DNA from: Eledone cirrhosa
Lineage: Eukaryota
Assembly: GCA_964016885.1 (NCBI GenBank)
Contig: OZ024746.1
Location: 46,438,001 to 46,502,000 of the forward strand
Length of the DNA: 64,000 nucleotides
Direction of reading: 5' to 3'
Within the stretch, counting starts at the first letter, position 1, and every line of letters starts with the position of its first letter. A program made the position numbers and the translations under genes. The notes under the pieces were generated by a model. It was not told the DNA's origin, searched no databases, and saw only the letters and a list, made by a program, of their open reading frames with translations. Below, piece by piece: positions 28,119 to 42,602 of this stretch.

Positions 28119-31100
28119 CAGTACACATGAAATCCTAATGCTATGTCACTTCATTCAACTATGGCTTTATTTTTCATTTTGTTATCTTCCTGCCATACCC
28201 ATTAAGCATATAAGTTAAACTTTTTTCCCCGTTACACCATATTTCTTTTCAAGAACTTTCTACGTTACCCTCTTGGAAGTCCCTTTACTACAATTGGTTG
28301 CTTGCCTATTTCTCTATAAAATGTCTTTGGAAATGTTGATTCCGGTGAAAAAATGTAACATCTTGTCAAACCTTCTGGCACATTCTACTTTAACCTGTAT
28401 TTTCTGCTTAATGCTTCCTTAATTTATGATAGGTCATCGTTTCATGCCATCATTTATAACCACTTAGCTTTTAAGCATTTGCTTGTTCTTATTATTGCTC
28501 GTTTTAACAATTTACCAACCATTGACAAATCTCCTTGGAGATTTTCAATCTTCTTTTGTATTTTTTCTTTTCACTTTGGCCGCTTATTTTTGTGTTTTAT
28601 GCATTGCTTTTTTTTTTGCTTTAGTTGCTAATGTGGTTGTGCATGCTGTGCCATATATCATTTTATTCAAAGAGGTTATATCTTTGAGTTCAATTTCACT
28701 AAGCAATATTTGTAGGGCTTTGTCATATATCTTTATCTTTGATTGATTAATCTTGCTATTTGTTATTTCTGGTAGTTACTCTGTCATTGCATTCTACATA
28801 TTCACTTTGACTTATTTCTCTTAATATATTCTCTTTCACCAAATTAATTTCATATACATTGTTATTCAAAAATTCATCATTAATGTTATTAACACTATTT
28901 ATATTTACAATCTCATTTCTATTGTGATGTATATCTCTTTTTATTTACATTTGCATCATTTATGTGTACATTATCATCTTTCTTGCTATTTACATTTAAA
29001 ATTCTATTTACTGTGTCAGGTGCATCATTGTTTCTTTTAGATTTAATATTGCTTATCATATCATTTATGTCTTGCTCATATTTTAAACACAAACTATAAT
29101 CACTCCAATGTACTCTCTCTATTTATTTCTCATAATTTCTTTTGATCTACTCTGATATTGCTTTATTCTTTGTTCATATCTAACAAATCATGGCAGAAAG
29201 AACAATTTAAAATAAATTGTCTTGCTCAAGAATATAATACACTGCCCAATCAGGGAATCAAACTCACAACCTCACAATTGTGAATCCAATTCTCTAACCA
29301 CTAAGCCACACATCTTTGCAACTATTCAAATATGAGTACAGTTTGACTGGTGTTTCAAATGATTTTTATCCACAATCCAGAGACATTATCTAAATGCTTG
29401 CAATAGAATAAACTCCATTAAAGGCATACATGGCTCAAGGTATGTTACATTTCCACAAATCCATAAATTCAGCCCACAAACGGTCTTTTTTTTTTTTTTT
29501 GTGAGCTAGATTTGGAGTCCAAATTAGTGTCAGTAAATATAATGGATAGTAGGTCATCTGTTAAGTTGTTAAATTTCATGTTTAGTGCTATCAATGTTCA
29601 AACAGTTGGGAATGGAAAATCAACAGTTATATCATCTAAGCTGCTGGCTATAAATACTCAACAATAATACAACATTAGCAATGCTTGCTTGTTTATGCAA
29701 ACCTCTATCTTAAATGAATACCTACAAATGTCCACTAGAGTGTATGATAATACATGTGGTATTTATATTATTAACTCTTCAAAAGATAATAGGTAAACTT
29801 AACTTTGATATGATTTGAACACATAATTAAAAGAATATAGCTGAGTACCACAAAGTATTCTGTCTACTATCCTACGAGCTCTTCTAATTCATTCTCGAAT
29901 GAAAAAAAAGTTAATAAATAAAAACAAACCGTATGATTGATAGTTTGATACTCTCTGGTCTTGAATAATGTCCCCCACACACACTTATTAAATTTGCTAA
30001 TCTATGTCCAGGCGACACTGTAAAGTGGTCAGGTAGGAGACACAGCAAAAAACACCCAGTATCTAATAATTATTTTATTTCACATTAAAAAAAAAAATTA
30101 TATATGACAAAAAGAGAATATTACAAGCAATTTATAAACGTACACTATATAATTACTTATTCCCCCCACCTCCCGCTTATAAGAATTCAAGCAAATGTCC
30201 AACCCCCCTCCATTTATTCCAACCCCATCCCCCTATTATTTGGGACCCAAGAGTACATACTTACTGAAAGAAGGTTTTTATTTAAATGTCATAATTCACA
30301 ATTGCTATGAATGATAGGGAATAATAAAAAATAATTTCCATTATGAAGTTTGCTCAGAGGTAACATAAAATTGTATTGAAACACAATTAGGTTGTATTCA
30401 TCTGATTAGAAAAATTAGTGCCAGATAATAACATGTAGTTTTCAATTAGCATCGTTATCAAGATGAAGGCAAATTGAAAAATAAAGAGAGGAGAAAAAAA
30501 GAGAGATAAAATTGATAGATAAGATGTGAGCGAAAGGTAATGTGTAAGTGGAATGAGAGGCAGAAGTGATAGATAGGACCGTGGAATGAGAGACAGAAGT
30601 GATAGATGTGCATTTATATCCAGATACCTAAGAACGGTAAAAATCCTTTGCAATCAAAACAATGGAGATAATCTTAAGAGATTAAATTAATTTCCCTGCT
30701 GTGTGTATGTTTAATACCCATAGACATTGCACTTTCTCTTTTGATTAACAAATATAAAATAAAGGTGTTCCATAGCAAATAGTTAATTACCAAATCACTA
30801 TTTGAAATTAGCTTTGTATTGTGTGGTAAATGTTTAAATAACCATATTCTTGGCTGCAAATTCACCTGACAGGATATGTGTTTGTCATAAATAGTACACA
30901 AATGATAACTTTAACTCTTGAGAATTTCTAAAAGATGGGTAACAGTTGCAGAAGGGCGTTTTTCTTTAAGAAGTTGTAATAACTTCGTCTTTTATAGAGC
31001 TTTTATTACTTTTGTTCTATATACAATCAAAGAGCATACCAAAATACTTGTTGCACATCCAATTAAATCCTATAATATTACTACAAATGCTAGGCTCCCT

Positions 31101-31459
31101 CTTAATATCTGATGATCTCTCATATTAACCTCATTGCCAGAACTGTATTCCAGATGCTAGATTTTCTCTTTAGGACAAGAATGTACTTCAAAACTTAATC
31201 TGAAAACATACAACACACACTGGAGTTTTACTCACGTAACTGGATCAGTGATGCTGATACACATACAAAGATCATACACCACATCAAACAAAATAATGTT
31301 GCTGATTTGCAAAGATTTACTAATGGCTACAACCAATTCTGCTCACATGACCTAGTGAGCTCATTACATTTCCATATTGAACAATTTGATGTGTCTATGC
31401 ATCCATCTTTCCTCTTCTCATTATTCTTACTATGTCTCATATTGTGTATGCTTCATTAA

Positions 31460-31680
31460 CCCTTTAGTATTTAAACCAGTTGTATCCAACAAGAATTCTC
31501 TCACTTCTTTCTGTTAAAACTAGCCATAACTAGCTGCTCATACTGATGCTAAGGTATCGTTCACAAAATAAATAATATCAAAATCTCATAGATTCGACAC
31601 TATGTGAATTAATTATGTGAGGTAAAGCCTTTACTGTGAAAATACAATAGTAAATATAGAGTAATGTAAATGATAAAGGG
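31460..31680. mobile_element. piggyBac-type MITE
   Basis: TTAA on both sides; TIRs CCCTTTAGTATTT / AAATGATAAAGGG; further copies in the window. Confidence 0.8.
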
Positions 31681-33884
31681 TTAAACATATTTCCCAACCA
31701 ACCCTTCTCAGAACTAAATTTCTAAATAATTTTGTCCATACCCCATGTTTTATATGGAGACATCAATATATACACATCCAAATACACCAGTGTATAAGGA
31801 AATAGACAGGTCATTTGTGGAAGTGTTCACATATTTTCCAATTAAACTGTAAAAATATAAAACAAAAGGAAACCATAAACGTATGTGCAATAAGTAAAAA
31901 TAAGTCCTTTTAATAGTTTTAACATTAGTAGTAAATACCAACAACTTTACAAAATATACTAGGTGTTTTCTATCATAGTATCAGTATTAGAAAGGAGGAT
32001 ACATTCTCAGTAGAACTAAATGGTTCTCTGGACAGTACATTTTCTCTGCTTGAATGACCTCTACAACGCATACATTTTATCATAGTATAAACATTAGTAA
32101 GGTTACTGGTATGTCACAAGTCTAAAATGAACTCAATTCAATACACTATCACTATCATTAAAGGTGATGTGATCAACAGTGCAAATAAAAAAAAGAGCAA
32201 TGGCAAAAGGAGACTCAGGTGAGTGAGAGTATGAAGAGAGAAAAAAGTGTATTGAGTGAGAGAGAGGGGAAGTGGTGAAAGAAATGGTAGAAAAACAATG
32301 CTGGAAAGAGTAGTGACAAGGAGAAAATGTATGATGGAATAAATAATGCAGATATTGAATAATGGAAATGAAATTGTACTGGGAAGAGTAACGGAAGAAA
32401 ATAATAAGAGCTACATGTTGTAGCTGGTAAGAGAGAGTGGTGAGTATCAATATGTAGAGAGGGAGTTATTGGCAGTACTCATAGGATGATGGTAGGAAGT
32501 ATTGGGTATAGACAAATTTGATGTAATCTTTCATATATATCTGTCACGCTGGAAGAAAGAAGTAGACTTTTTAAAAATTGATGAAAAGAAAGGATTAGAG
32601 GAGAGTTTAATAATATCTCTCATTACGTGGGCAGTATGGTTCAGTGAGAAAGAAAATTTGTGTTGTGTACATCAGAGAGTGAGGATGTCAAACAGATCCA
32701 ATGCCATCACTGGTCATACAAGCAGAATGAAACAATAGATAAGAAAGAGGATTGAGAGTGATAAAGAAGTGAGAGCTATCATATGGAAGCCTATGAGGAA
32801 TATATTAAGTGAGAGACCGAAATGTAGATATATTATCCTTCTCAGTCTCCATCACTACCCACATTTTAATGTTCATTTCACTATACTTGCATAGATGGGC
32901 AGATATTCCCCAGTACCCCATGTTTGCCAGTCATCATAAACCTTTGACATCTCTTATCAGAACATGCTGAAATCTATTTTGTCCAATTCATCCAAAGTTT
33001 TTCTGGGTCTCTCTCTTTCACTCATTTTATCCCCTATAAGTGCCATGCACTTCATTACACTAACATTATACAATCTGCAATTTGCTTTTATACCCTTAGA
33101 GAAACTCTTTGTTACCAGCAGAAGTTATAACTATGAAAATATTTCAACTGTTTCTAGTTTGTGTTTGTATGTAATGCATGTATGTATATACATGCATTAC
33201 ATATATATATGTATATACACATCAATGCAAAACTGATCTAAAGTGGCAGAGGCAATTTAAGCACTTCTTAATTATGTAGTTCATTAGTTTTACCCATTCA
33301 GAATTAGATATGAGTCCGAGTTCATACTCTCAAATACAAAGTGATTTATTTACATATCTGAGCACTATATCAAAAGGTTACATAAATATGATATCTATTC
33401 TAGGTTGTATCTATTGATTGAACCAACTTACTTTTTTAATGCTTGTTGGTAAGATATAGTAGTTGGTTTCTTTCTAGTATAGTTGTTCCAAATTTCATTG
33501 AATATTTCACCCATACTCTACACTGTCTCTCCTCTGTAAATTTTAGGAAAGTTTGCATATGATTCTTGTTCGCACCTTATATTGTTATATAAGGTGCTAA
33601 TATAACAAAAACAAAATATACAGAGAAATTAAAAGTTTTTAAAAAATACCTGAGGCCTATAAAATCTTGCTTGTAACTAATTTGGAACAGATACAGTAGA
33701 ATTGTATCAGTGACTAAGTTACAGAGAGGAAACAAAAGATTTGAAGCCTCAACAAGTAAATAAAAGTGAATATAGCAGTTATTGTAGGTTTTTAAAGAGT
33801 TAAAATGCCTCTCTTTGATGTAATCATTTCAGTTTCAACTGACAGTCTCAGATCAAGTCTCTTGACAAACAAGTTTGATTATTA

Positions 33885-33970
33885 ATGGCAGTATCAGTAG
33901 AGAGTCGGACGCCATGCTTTCCAGCATAGTTACGTCCCTTTACGGTCTTGTGCCAAAAGTAGAAACAATT
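33885..33970 (+). mobile_element. Internally deleted SINE
   Basis: Head and tail of the 48410 SINE joined directly. Confidence 0.75.
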
Positions 33971-35719
33971 ATTAAATTTAGTATCTGTGTTCGAATCAGT
34001 TACCAGAAAGGATAATTCTGGAATAATTTGGTAGGATTTGTCTTTATAAATTATTTCAGAATTTATTCTTTGTACCAATATTTTATGAATGATTACATTA
34101 TCAAAGCTATTATAGTAATAGCTTGCAAGACATGATTGAAATTTTAGCTTGAATATTTTACACTAGTCTGGACATTATATTCTTCTAGAAGCTATAGACA
34201 AAATCAGTGTAAAAACTTAATTGTTTTATTCGGGACAGCAAACATAACTCAAATGAAAGATTCAATAAGGATATCCTTGAAATGCAGAAAATTATGAATA
34301 GATAGTAAAATAGTTCAAGAGAATACAGATGACTGATTTTATAAAGTAATAGAAAATCAACCAGAAGTTTAATAGTTTACCACTTGTCTCTAGTGAGGCA
34401 TAATTACAATGACCTTGGTGATTAATTCACCTAGCCGATATTGTGTATTATAGGAGAAGATGATGCAAGATGTATACATGGCCATATAGCCATAAATTGT
34501 AGCAGCTTTAGATATTTTGCCTTAATGTGTTAAGTTCATTTCTTTCCATAGTCGAATCTACCTGCAATAAACCACCTTCCTATTTAAGAGACAATTTAGC
34601 TGTTATTTGTTTAGGGCATCATCAAACCCTAGGGTTCAGTGTCAAAACATTTGTTTAACCCATGATTAGCATTGGTCAAATAGATTTTTGATCAAATGTG
34701 TTCTGGTAACTGACCACCAAGTCTTATATATCATTGGTTATATTATCCAATGCCTTCTCTTTTTAAACTGGTATGATGGAATTCAAGAGAGATTTAGCAG
34801 CTGTTTTTAACAGATATAATTACTATGAAAAGTTAGCCAGCACATTAGCATAAAGAAAATAAAAAATGAACATCTGTTCATTAATCCTGAAAATGTAGCA
34901 ATTCACTCAAATACATTGAGAATAGAACACCCTATCAAAAGAAGTTGTTGTTTTTTGTACTGATCTGCTTAAGTAGACCTATGGCACAAGACCATTATGT
35001 AAGCAGCTTCAACCATAATATAAAATTTTATTAAAATAAAGCAAATGGGAATTTTCAAATGCTTCGGATGAATTTCCATCCTTAATAATGCAACCAAACA
35101 ATTTATATGTTAGATGTATGCCAGTTTATTGTTTTCTCCCAATCAATATTATAACTAAAATCCCACTTGCAAAGAATCTTCAATGGCAGTACCACTCAAT
35201 ACCATTCAATGCTATTTACTCATTCACCATCTGACAAGAACCTCAGACAATAAACTGCTTACACATCATGTTGAAAGTTGACTTTGTAGTAAGGAAAGTT
35301 TTACTACCAATACATGATTCACAAATGACACACTTCATTTCTGTTAAATAAGCCGAATATATTCCTACAATTCATTTGCAGTTGTCGTTTGATCTTGCTT
35401 TGGAGCAAATAATGGCCTGATACTCCAGAGATACAATTCAGTAAGTTTAATGTGGAATCTTATGAAAAGAGTTATAAAACCCCAGTCATAAGTCTCAAAC
35501 ATTAGTCAATGGATTCAAGAATTATTTCAAAAATGTTTATTTCAAAAATGTTTTTTTTTTCTTGTTGTATTGTATGGCCTATGGGTTATCTGATACAAGC
35601 TTCCCAGTACCAGCATCATGCCATTATACTAAATGACATAGAGCTTATTTTGTCTCAGTAGTTAATTTATGGAAGTTTATGGTTGAGATATATAAGGAAA
35701 AGGTGGAGCACACACTATT

Positions 35720-35922
35720 CCCTTTAGCATTTACGTTACTCTATATTTACTTCTATATTTTCACGGTAATAATCATCTCACATAATATCGAATCTATGCG
35801 ATTTTGATATTTATTTTGAGAACAATACCTTAACATCAGTATGAGTGGCTGGTTACAGCCGGTTTAACTAAAAAGAGGTGACAGAATTCTGGCCGGATAC
35901 AGCTGGTTTGAATGCTAAAGGG
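35720..35922. mobile_element. piggyBac-type MITE
   Basis: TIRs CCCTTTAGCATT / AATGCTAAAGGG; body homologous to 60317-60540. Confidence 0.78.
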
Positions 35923-36793
35923 TTATGGAAGTGACATAAGTTTTGCTATTGTGGAATTTTCTTTTTTTTATTTGGCAAATTTAGAAATTCGATTTCCCAA
36001 TGTATAATATTTATAGACGTAAAAAGGAAAATGAATTCTGATTCTTTAGAATCTATAACCTGTTGTGTCAAGAAATTGAGGGAGAAATTTCCCTCTTCAT
36101 TTCAAATTTATACTATAACATCTTGCCTTTCTTGGGAAGTAATTTCTGTACTTCATATTTTAAAATGTATAATGCAGAAACGATAATTAATGCATCAATA
36201 TTTACAGTAATGCACTGGGTAATTGCTGGCCTTGTGCCTAAAGTAGAAACAATTATTTCAGAAGTATTTTTTTAAATTATATTTTTATTTAATCCTGCAA
36301 TATTCTTTATACATACAATGTACTCAACTGTTAGGTTGATGTTTAAAAATGGAATTCATATTGATATTCCAGAATTTTTAAATCATCACCAATAATCTGT
36401 CCACTGTCAGATTAGGTTGGGTGATATAAAAGCTTAGTTTGAAACTTTTATTCATTTTTCTCTAGCTTGCTTTTATTTCCTTCCAATAAAATAACTCTTA
36501 ATTGTTTTTAGTCAATATATTTACTTGAGATGCATATTTACCAAGGAATATTAATTTTTCATTTCCTTTTTTAACAAACATTAAAAAGAAAAAAATCCTT
36601 ATTATAATGAAGCTTATCACTGTAACACTGCCAGCCCTTCCTCTCACCATCTATCACACAAACTCAAGGTTGTTCATTCCTCACATTAACTACTTCTCTG
36701 GACTAATAAAATACAAAATAGATGTTGTTCTCTTGCTTGCTGTATCACTACCAAGCAATATTTTCCCCCATGTAATGTGACATTAATGTATGT

Positions 36794-36981
36794 TGGTGGT
36801 GGATTGGTAGTATCGGTAGAGAGTCTGACGCCATGCTTTGCAGCAAAGAGTTACGGCCCTTTATGGTCTGAGTTCAAATGCCACCGAGGTTAACTTTGCC
36901 TTTCATCCTTATGGGGTCAATAAAATAAAGTACCAGTAATACACTGGAATAATTGCTGGCCTTGTGCCAAAAGTAGAAACA
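36794..36981 (+). mobile_element. tRNA-derived SINE
   Basis: Matches the family; TSD attaatgtat. Confidence 0.88.
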
Positions 36982-36982
36982 A

Positions 36983-37050
36983 TTAATGTATCTTATGTCT
37001 TAATGTATCTTATGTCTTAATGTATCTTATGTCTTAATGTATCTTATGTC
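36983..37050. repeat. 17-bp tandem repeat x4 (ttaatgtatcttatgtc)
   Basis: Direct reading. Confidence 0.9.
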
Positions 37051-37057
37051 AAAATAT

Positions 37058-37700
37058 CTGGTAGAGAATGTTGAGAAGCCAGAGGGGGTCACTAATGTAG
37101 GCGGGAAGCCACTAGAATTGGTTGAGGACTTCCTGTATTTGGGAGCAAAGATTGGGAATACAGAAGATGATGTGGTTGAAAGGATGAGCAAAGCCTGGGC
37201 GGCGTGCCACAGCTTGAGATCGGTGTGGAAGTCGGACCTTCGTAAAGACCTGAAAATCCGCCTCTTCATTGCTGTAGTGGAGTCTGTGCTGCTGTACGGG
37301 TCTGAGACTTGGACACTGACCAAGAAACTCACTCAGATGGTGGATGGGTGCTAAACGCGAATGCTGAGGATGGCTCTGAACATTAATCAGTATACAGTGA
37401 GGATGAAAAACTCAGAGCTGTATGGGAGCCTCCCAAAAGTCAGCTCAAAAGTGAAACAGAGGAGACTGAGGTTAGCTGGACATGCTCACCGACATCCAGA
37501 GTTGACATTGCACTCAGTGCTCCTGTGGGAGCCCCTACATGAACACACTGGAAGAGGAAGACCAAGGTTAACATATGTTGATGCCCTAAGGACAGACACT
37601 GGTCTGTTGGAGACGCAAGACATGGCAGTGATAATGAGGGACAGAGACCGCTGGAGAGAACTCGTCCATGGATCTCGGGAATTATACCCACCCTAGAAAT
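37058..37700 (+). mobile_element. RTE-like LINE 3' fragment
   Basis: [34 protein letters not shown]; one in-frame stop. Confidence 0.9.
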
Positions 37701-38068
37701 GACTTAATGTTTGATAATAAAGCTTCTTGATAGTCACACGACATGCTAGTGACTTAAATAAAGGACATCTTAAACAATGTAGTCTTATATACACAAAAAG
37801 CTGAGATTATATATATATATATTAATAAAAACAAAGAGGTTTTGTTTACATATATTTCATTTTACCACCATGGGACAAGTTTGGTAAAAGTAGTTCCACA
37901 ATTCACCATTTCCGAGAATAATTGTTTCACCTTAGTCAGATAATCAGCTCGGTTTAAATGAGATTATACGGAAAAGCGATATATATATATATATATATAT
38001 ATAATACACATATATATACATACATTATATATGTATATATAAACACACACATACACACAGACATATAT

Positions 38069-38550
38069 ATCATCATCATCATCATCATCATCACCGTTTT
38101 ACGTCCGTTCTTCCACGCTAGCATGGGTTAGACGGGTTGTCCTGTTGTGGGCAGTGTCTGGTCGGCTGACCACGCCTTGCTCATACAGGAACTGATTTGG
38201 CTTGATTTCTACAGCTGGATGCCCTTCCTAACACCAACCTCATTTACAGTGAGTGCTGGGTGCTTTTTCGTGGCGCCTACACGTTCACTTTACAGTGTGG
38301 GCTGGGTGCTTTTTTGCCGTGGCACCTCCACAACCACCTTGCGGTGGGGGAGGGGGCATATTGTCTATATGATTCAGCTTGTACCCATGGGAGGTCGGGT
38401 ACTCTGTATTACTGTGTGACGCCAGAGGTCACGGTCGTGTGTCATTGCCTTTGAGAGGTGTAATTGTGTAAGGTCGGCTTTTATCACCTCATCCCAGGTC
38501 ATCTTGGGTCTCCCCACTCCGCGGTTTCCATCGACTTCTAGTGCTCTGCA
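38069..38550 (-). mobile_element. RTE-derived non-autonomous element with (TGA)n tail
   Basis: GVGRPKMTWDEVIKADL...DRDLWR; GGTGTTAGGAAGGGCATCCAGCTGTAGAAA block; same layout as 42603-43233. Confidence 0.82.
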
Positions 38551-38937
38551 CCTATACATACGCACACACACATATATATATACACACACATATACATACA
38601 CACGCACACACACACATGCACAAACACATATACATAAATGAAGAATGGTTCTTAGGCGGAGAATCTTTTTAATTTAAAATATCTAAACTATATTATCATT
38701 TAATGTTTCTGGTATTAAGAGGAAATACTTGAAAATACATTTATCAACTATTTTAAATTATTTTATAACATTAATTGTATTTGCACAAGATACTAATTCA
38801 AAAGATCTCAGCTATGTTAGTTTACAGAAACACATCTTACAAGATTACCTGCAATAAGATAAATCAACAGAATGTAAGATTCATATCATATCTACTAAAT
38901 GCTACTAAATTATTTCAACTTTCATTTTAATAACCAC

Positions 38938-39369
38938 ATGCAGGATGCTCAAAGTTGAAGGGTGCAGGTTCTTCAAAGTTGAAGGGTGTAGGCTGCGCAA
39001 AGTTGAAGGGTGCAGGTTGCTCAAAGTTGAAGGGTGCAGATTGCTCAAAGTTGAAGGGTGCAGGGTGCTTAAAGTTGAAGGGTGCTGGTTCCTCAAAGTT
39101 GAAGAGTGCAGGCTGCTCAAAGATGAAAGGTGCAGGCTGCACAAAGTTGATAGGTGCAGGATGCTCAAAGTTGAAGGGTACAGGGTGCTCAAAGTTGATG
39201 AGTACAGGGTGCTCAAAGTTGATGGGTGCAGGGTGCTCAAAGTTGAAGGGTGCAGGTTCCTCACAGTTGATGAGTACAGGGAGCTGAAAATTGATGGGTG
39301 CAGGGAGCTGAAAGTTGATGGGTACAAGGTGCTGAAAATAGATGGGTGCAGGGCACTAAAAAATTGATG
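38938..39369. repeat. 21-bp minisatellite (~20 units, aaagttgaagggtgcaggNtgctc-like)
   Basis: Direct reading; produces the 7-aa periodic ORFs. Confidence 0.93.
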
Positions 39370-39852
39370 AGAGCTATGGTAGAGGAAGACCCCTCACAAT
39401 TTCACCTCTCAAAGGCGAGGATACAGGAAGTAGTTCTCTGGTGTTATGCAGTATTGCAGAAGACTCACTTTCCCATATGCACAGGGTGCACATTACATAC
39501 ACCTTCCATGTTTTAACACTCCACCCTTCACCAACTTGTTCATTACCTTTTCTTTGCTGTTTAAAAACGCTAATTGATCTGGTTAGGATTGCTTTGATAA
39601 AGCCAATACAATGAAAGTTAGAAATCTAGGAGTAAACATGAACAAAGTTTAGAATTTGTGAAACTCAACAGAGCAGTTAATAGATACTGTCACATTAATA
39701 GCGTAGGAATTGATTATGTTAGATAGCAGGGAAAATAAACATTAAATGATGATGATGATGATGAAGATGGTGATGGTGATGATGATTATGGGGATGATGA
39801 TGATAATAATGATTTCTTTATTGGCCACAAGGGCTGATATGATGATGATAAT

Positions 39853-39922
39853 AATTGTTTCTACTATTGGCACAAGGCCAGCAAAGCATGGCGTCCGACC
39901 CTCTACCAATACTGTCAATCCA
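39853..39922 (-). mobile_element. Internally deleted SINE
   Basis: SINE head and tail fused. Confidence 0.7.
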
Positions 39923-40337
39923 TGATGGATGGATGGATGAATGAATGAAAGATGACCAGGCTATTGGATCTTTCTACTAAGAATTATTGCTGCAAGATTC
40001 ACAAGAAACCTAAATATTTATATCCTTATATATTTGTTTTATATTCAGCAAAAATACTGCAGTTCCATTCAAATCTTGATCAACACTTTTATCTACATTT
40101 CTATTATGCTTATTCTTAATTATACATCAATTTTTCAAGATTTCAAGAATTCTGACAATGCATGCAAGTAGAAGTATCTATAGATACAGAAACATAGATG
40201 ATTTATTGTATAGGTGAAAAAATCTCACCTTACAGAAAGTGAGAAAGTGAAAATATTGTGTTTGTCTTTTAGAAAGAAATTGTCAAATTTCACTCAAATA
40301 CTTCTGATTAGCAAACAGTTTACCTTTGAACAGGTTA

Positions 40338-40620
40338 CATCATCATCATCATCATTTAACGTCCATTTTTCCATGCTAGCATGGGTTAGACGAGTTGTCC
40401 CGTTTGAGATAGGTTGGGTTAGATGACCGTGTCTTGCTCCCACAGAACTGTTTCTGGCTTGCTTTCTACAGCTGGATGCCCTTACTAATGTCAACCACAT
40501 TTACCATGTGTGCTGGATGTTTTTTGTCATGACACTTAAACGTCCACTTTACAGTGTAGACTAGGTGCTTTTTGTCATGACACCTAAACAACCACCTTAC
40601 AGTGTGGGTTGGAGGATTCA
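40338..40620 (-). mobile_element. RTE-tailed SINE-like fragment
   Basis: (CAT)n-ttaacgtcc...catgggttagacg and tacagctggatgccc, as in 38069. Confidence 0.78.
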
Positions 40621-40699
40621 CTGGATGTATAGGCTTAATACATTTTCAGTTTGTCCTTTAAAACATATACACATATATATAGACACACATTCATAGATA

Positions 40700-40868
40700 T
40701 GAGGGTGGGCTGAAAAGTTCATAGGCTGACTATGAAGGAATAATGTTAGAGCTGGAAAATCTTATTTATTAATTTCAACTCTCCAGGGACTATATTGAAA
40801 AATGAACCTCATTTGGTCATTCCATGAGAGTATCTTGGTCAGCCTATGAACTTTGCAGCCAACCCTCA
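40700..40868. mobile_element. Mariner-type MITE
   Basis: TA on both sides; ~31-bp TIR TGAGGGTGGGCTGAAAAGTTCATAGGCTGAC / GTCAGCCTATGAACTTTGCAGCCAACCCTCA. Confidence 0.87.
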
Positions 40869-42009
40869 TATTTACTCTAGTTTTGAAACTAACCACCTCA
40901 TGAAGGTCTTCTAAGCAACTTGGGATGAAAATCAAACTGATTGGTTTAACAATACATTGGAATTTGTGCTAATTTCTTGAATAGTCAGTTAAAGTGGAAA
41001 AGTGGAAAGAATATCTATGATATAACTGTAGTTCTTCTTCCACTTTCTACAGTGAAATTCAAACATTCATAAATACGACTGGAAAGCTTATCTCAAGAAT
41101 CAACACCTTCATTTGATGTTAAAGAAGTTGGTTTACAAATTCAACTTCTATCTTTTAAACTTAATTTTGTAGTAATAATCAGTCACCAATTTTGTAGTAA
41201 TAAACAGTTGGTAAAACAAAAAGATCAAGACATTTATAGATGAAAACACCTGTCAGTGAAATATCTATCTTATTTATGATATATCTATTATTGTATAAAT
41301 AAAGCAATAGCATACCACTTCGTTTTGTAAAAGAAACTGTAGTACTGTTCAGTGTATCAGATTCAGTATAATGTTCGTTTTATGAAGATTAGAAAAATAA
41401 AGATTGAGATTCTGGCTCAGTAATATTTGACTTCTGTATTTTATGGCACCAATTTAGGCTCTATGCAAATATCTAGTGCAGCACTGTCATCTATATCCTT
41501 TCCACAAATCGATAATACTTTTGTAAAATGATAGGAATTAAACAAAGAATGATGAGTGATTTGTAATATTAGTTATTGCTCTATTTACCAACAATGTTGG
41601 AGGTTAGCAAACAACATAATAGTGATATAACAACAAAATACAATAAATGTAAAAAAAAATATCAAGACAACCCATAGTAAAAAAAAAGGTAAAAAATATA
41701 ACTAAAATAGAATAATAGGAAAAACCCACATCCATAAGTAGACAGTTGCAGAAAATTTTAACTTGTATTTAAACAAGCATAAATGAAGCTTTTATCGTTG
41801 CTATTAGGCATGTAGCTAAAAATATAACAACAATTAGGGAGCATATAATAATAAATTGAGAGAAATCAATGGCTACTTTGTAGACTAGTCAGATGATTAT
41901 CAGAGAAAATTGAGTCAAATAATCCAATGGAAGTAGATAATCAAGACATTCCAAATTTTAATCTACATAAAGTATATGACAGAGTAATGTTGTTTGATTA
42001 GACCATGTA

Positions 42010-42189
42010 TACTATTGTATTTTTACAGTAAAGGCTTTACCTAACATAATATAGAATCTATGAGATTTTGATTTTATATATTTTGAGAAAAATACTTTAA
42101 TGTCAGTATGAGTAGCAAGTTACAGCCAGTTTGGACAAAAAGAGGTGATAGAAGTCTGGCCAGATACGGCCAGTTTAAATGATAAAGGG
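42010..42189. mobile_element. Partial piggyBac-type MITE
   Basis: Body homology; right TIR AAATGATAAAGGG followed by TTAA. Confidence 0.7.
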
Positions 42190-42602
42190 TTAAAACTGCT
42201 GTCTACTCTTACTTCCTATGTATGAATACTGTAAATAACATTTTAATTTAAAATTTATGCAAAAAGGGATACAACCTCTAACTATTATTGCACAGTTCTT
42301 AATTTTCAAGTATAATGCAAGGACATTTTTCAGATATTTGGGTAGAACATTTCATTTTACATGATTCAATTCTACAAAGGACCAGAAACAGAGACCAGAC
42401 CATCAAAGAAATTTTCATTGGTTTTTACTTTTCATTTCATCTGCTTAATTAAATGAAAAACAGAGCTTTACAGACTTTTAGGAATGAGTTTGTCTTTATA
42501 TATAATAAGCTTCTGTAAAGCTTCTGCTGACAAGTGATCGATCAATCTCAGGTTATACTAGAAAATACTTGCTCAAGTTAGCATATCAGATGTTGTTTAC
42601 TC

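Noticed and set aside
28200-29170. T-rich stretch resembling a very old LINE on the minus strand (similarly 32100-32830)
   Set aside because: Too degraded to assign motifs or boundaries
35382-35440. Plus-strand segment with good splice signals (ttgcag / gtaagt)
   Set aside because: Stops in all three frames; could only be non-coding or UTR and is otherwise unsupported
38938-39369. CRISPR-like array or Cys-rich repeat protein
   Set aside because: Contiguous units without unique spacers in a eukaryotic context; no splice or expression evidence
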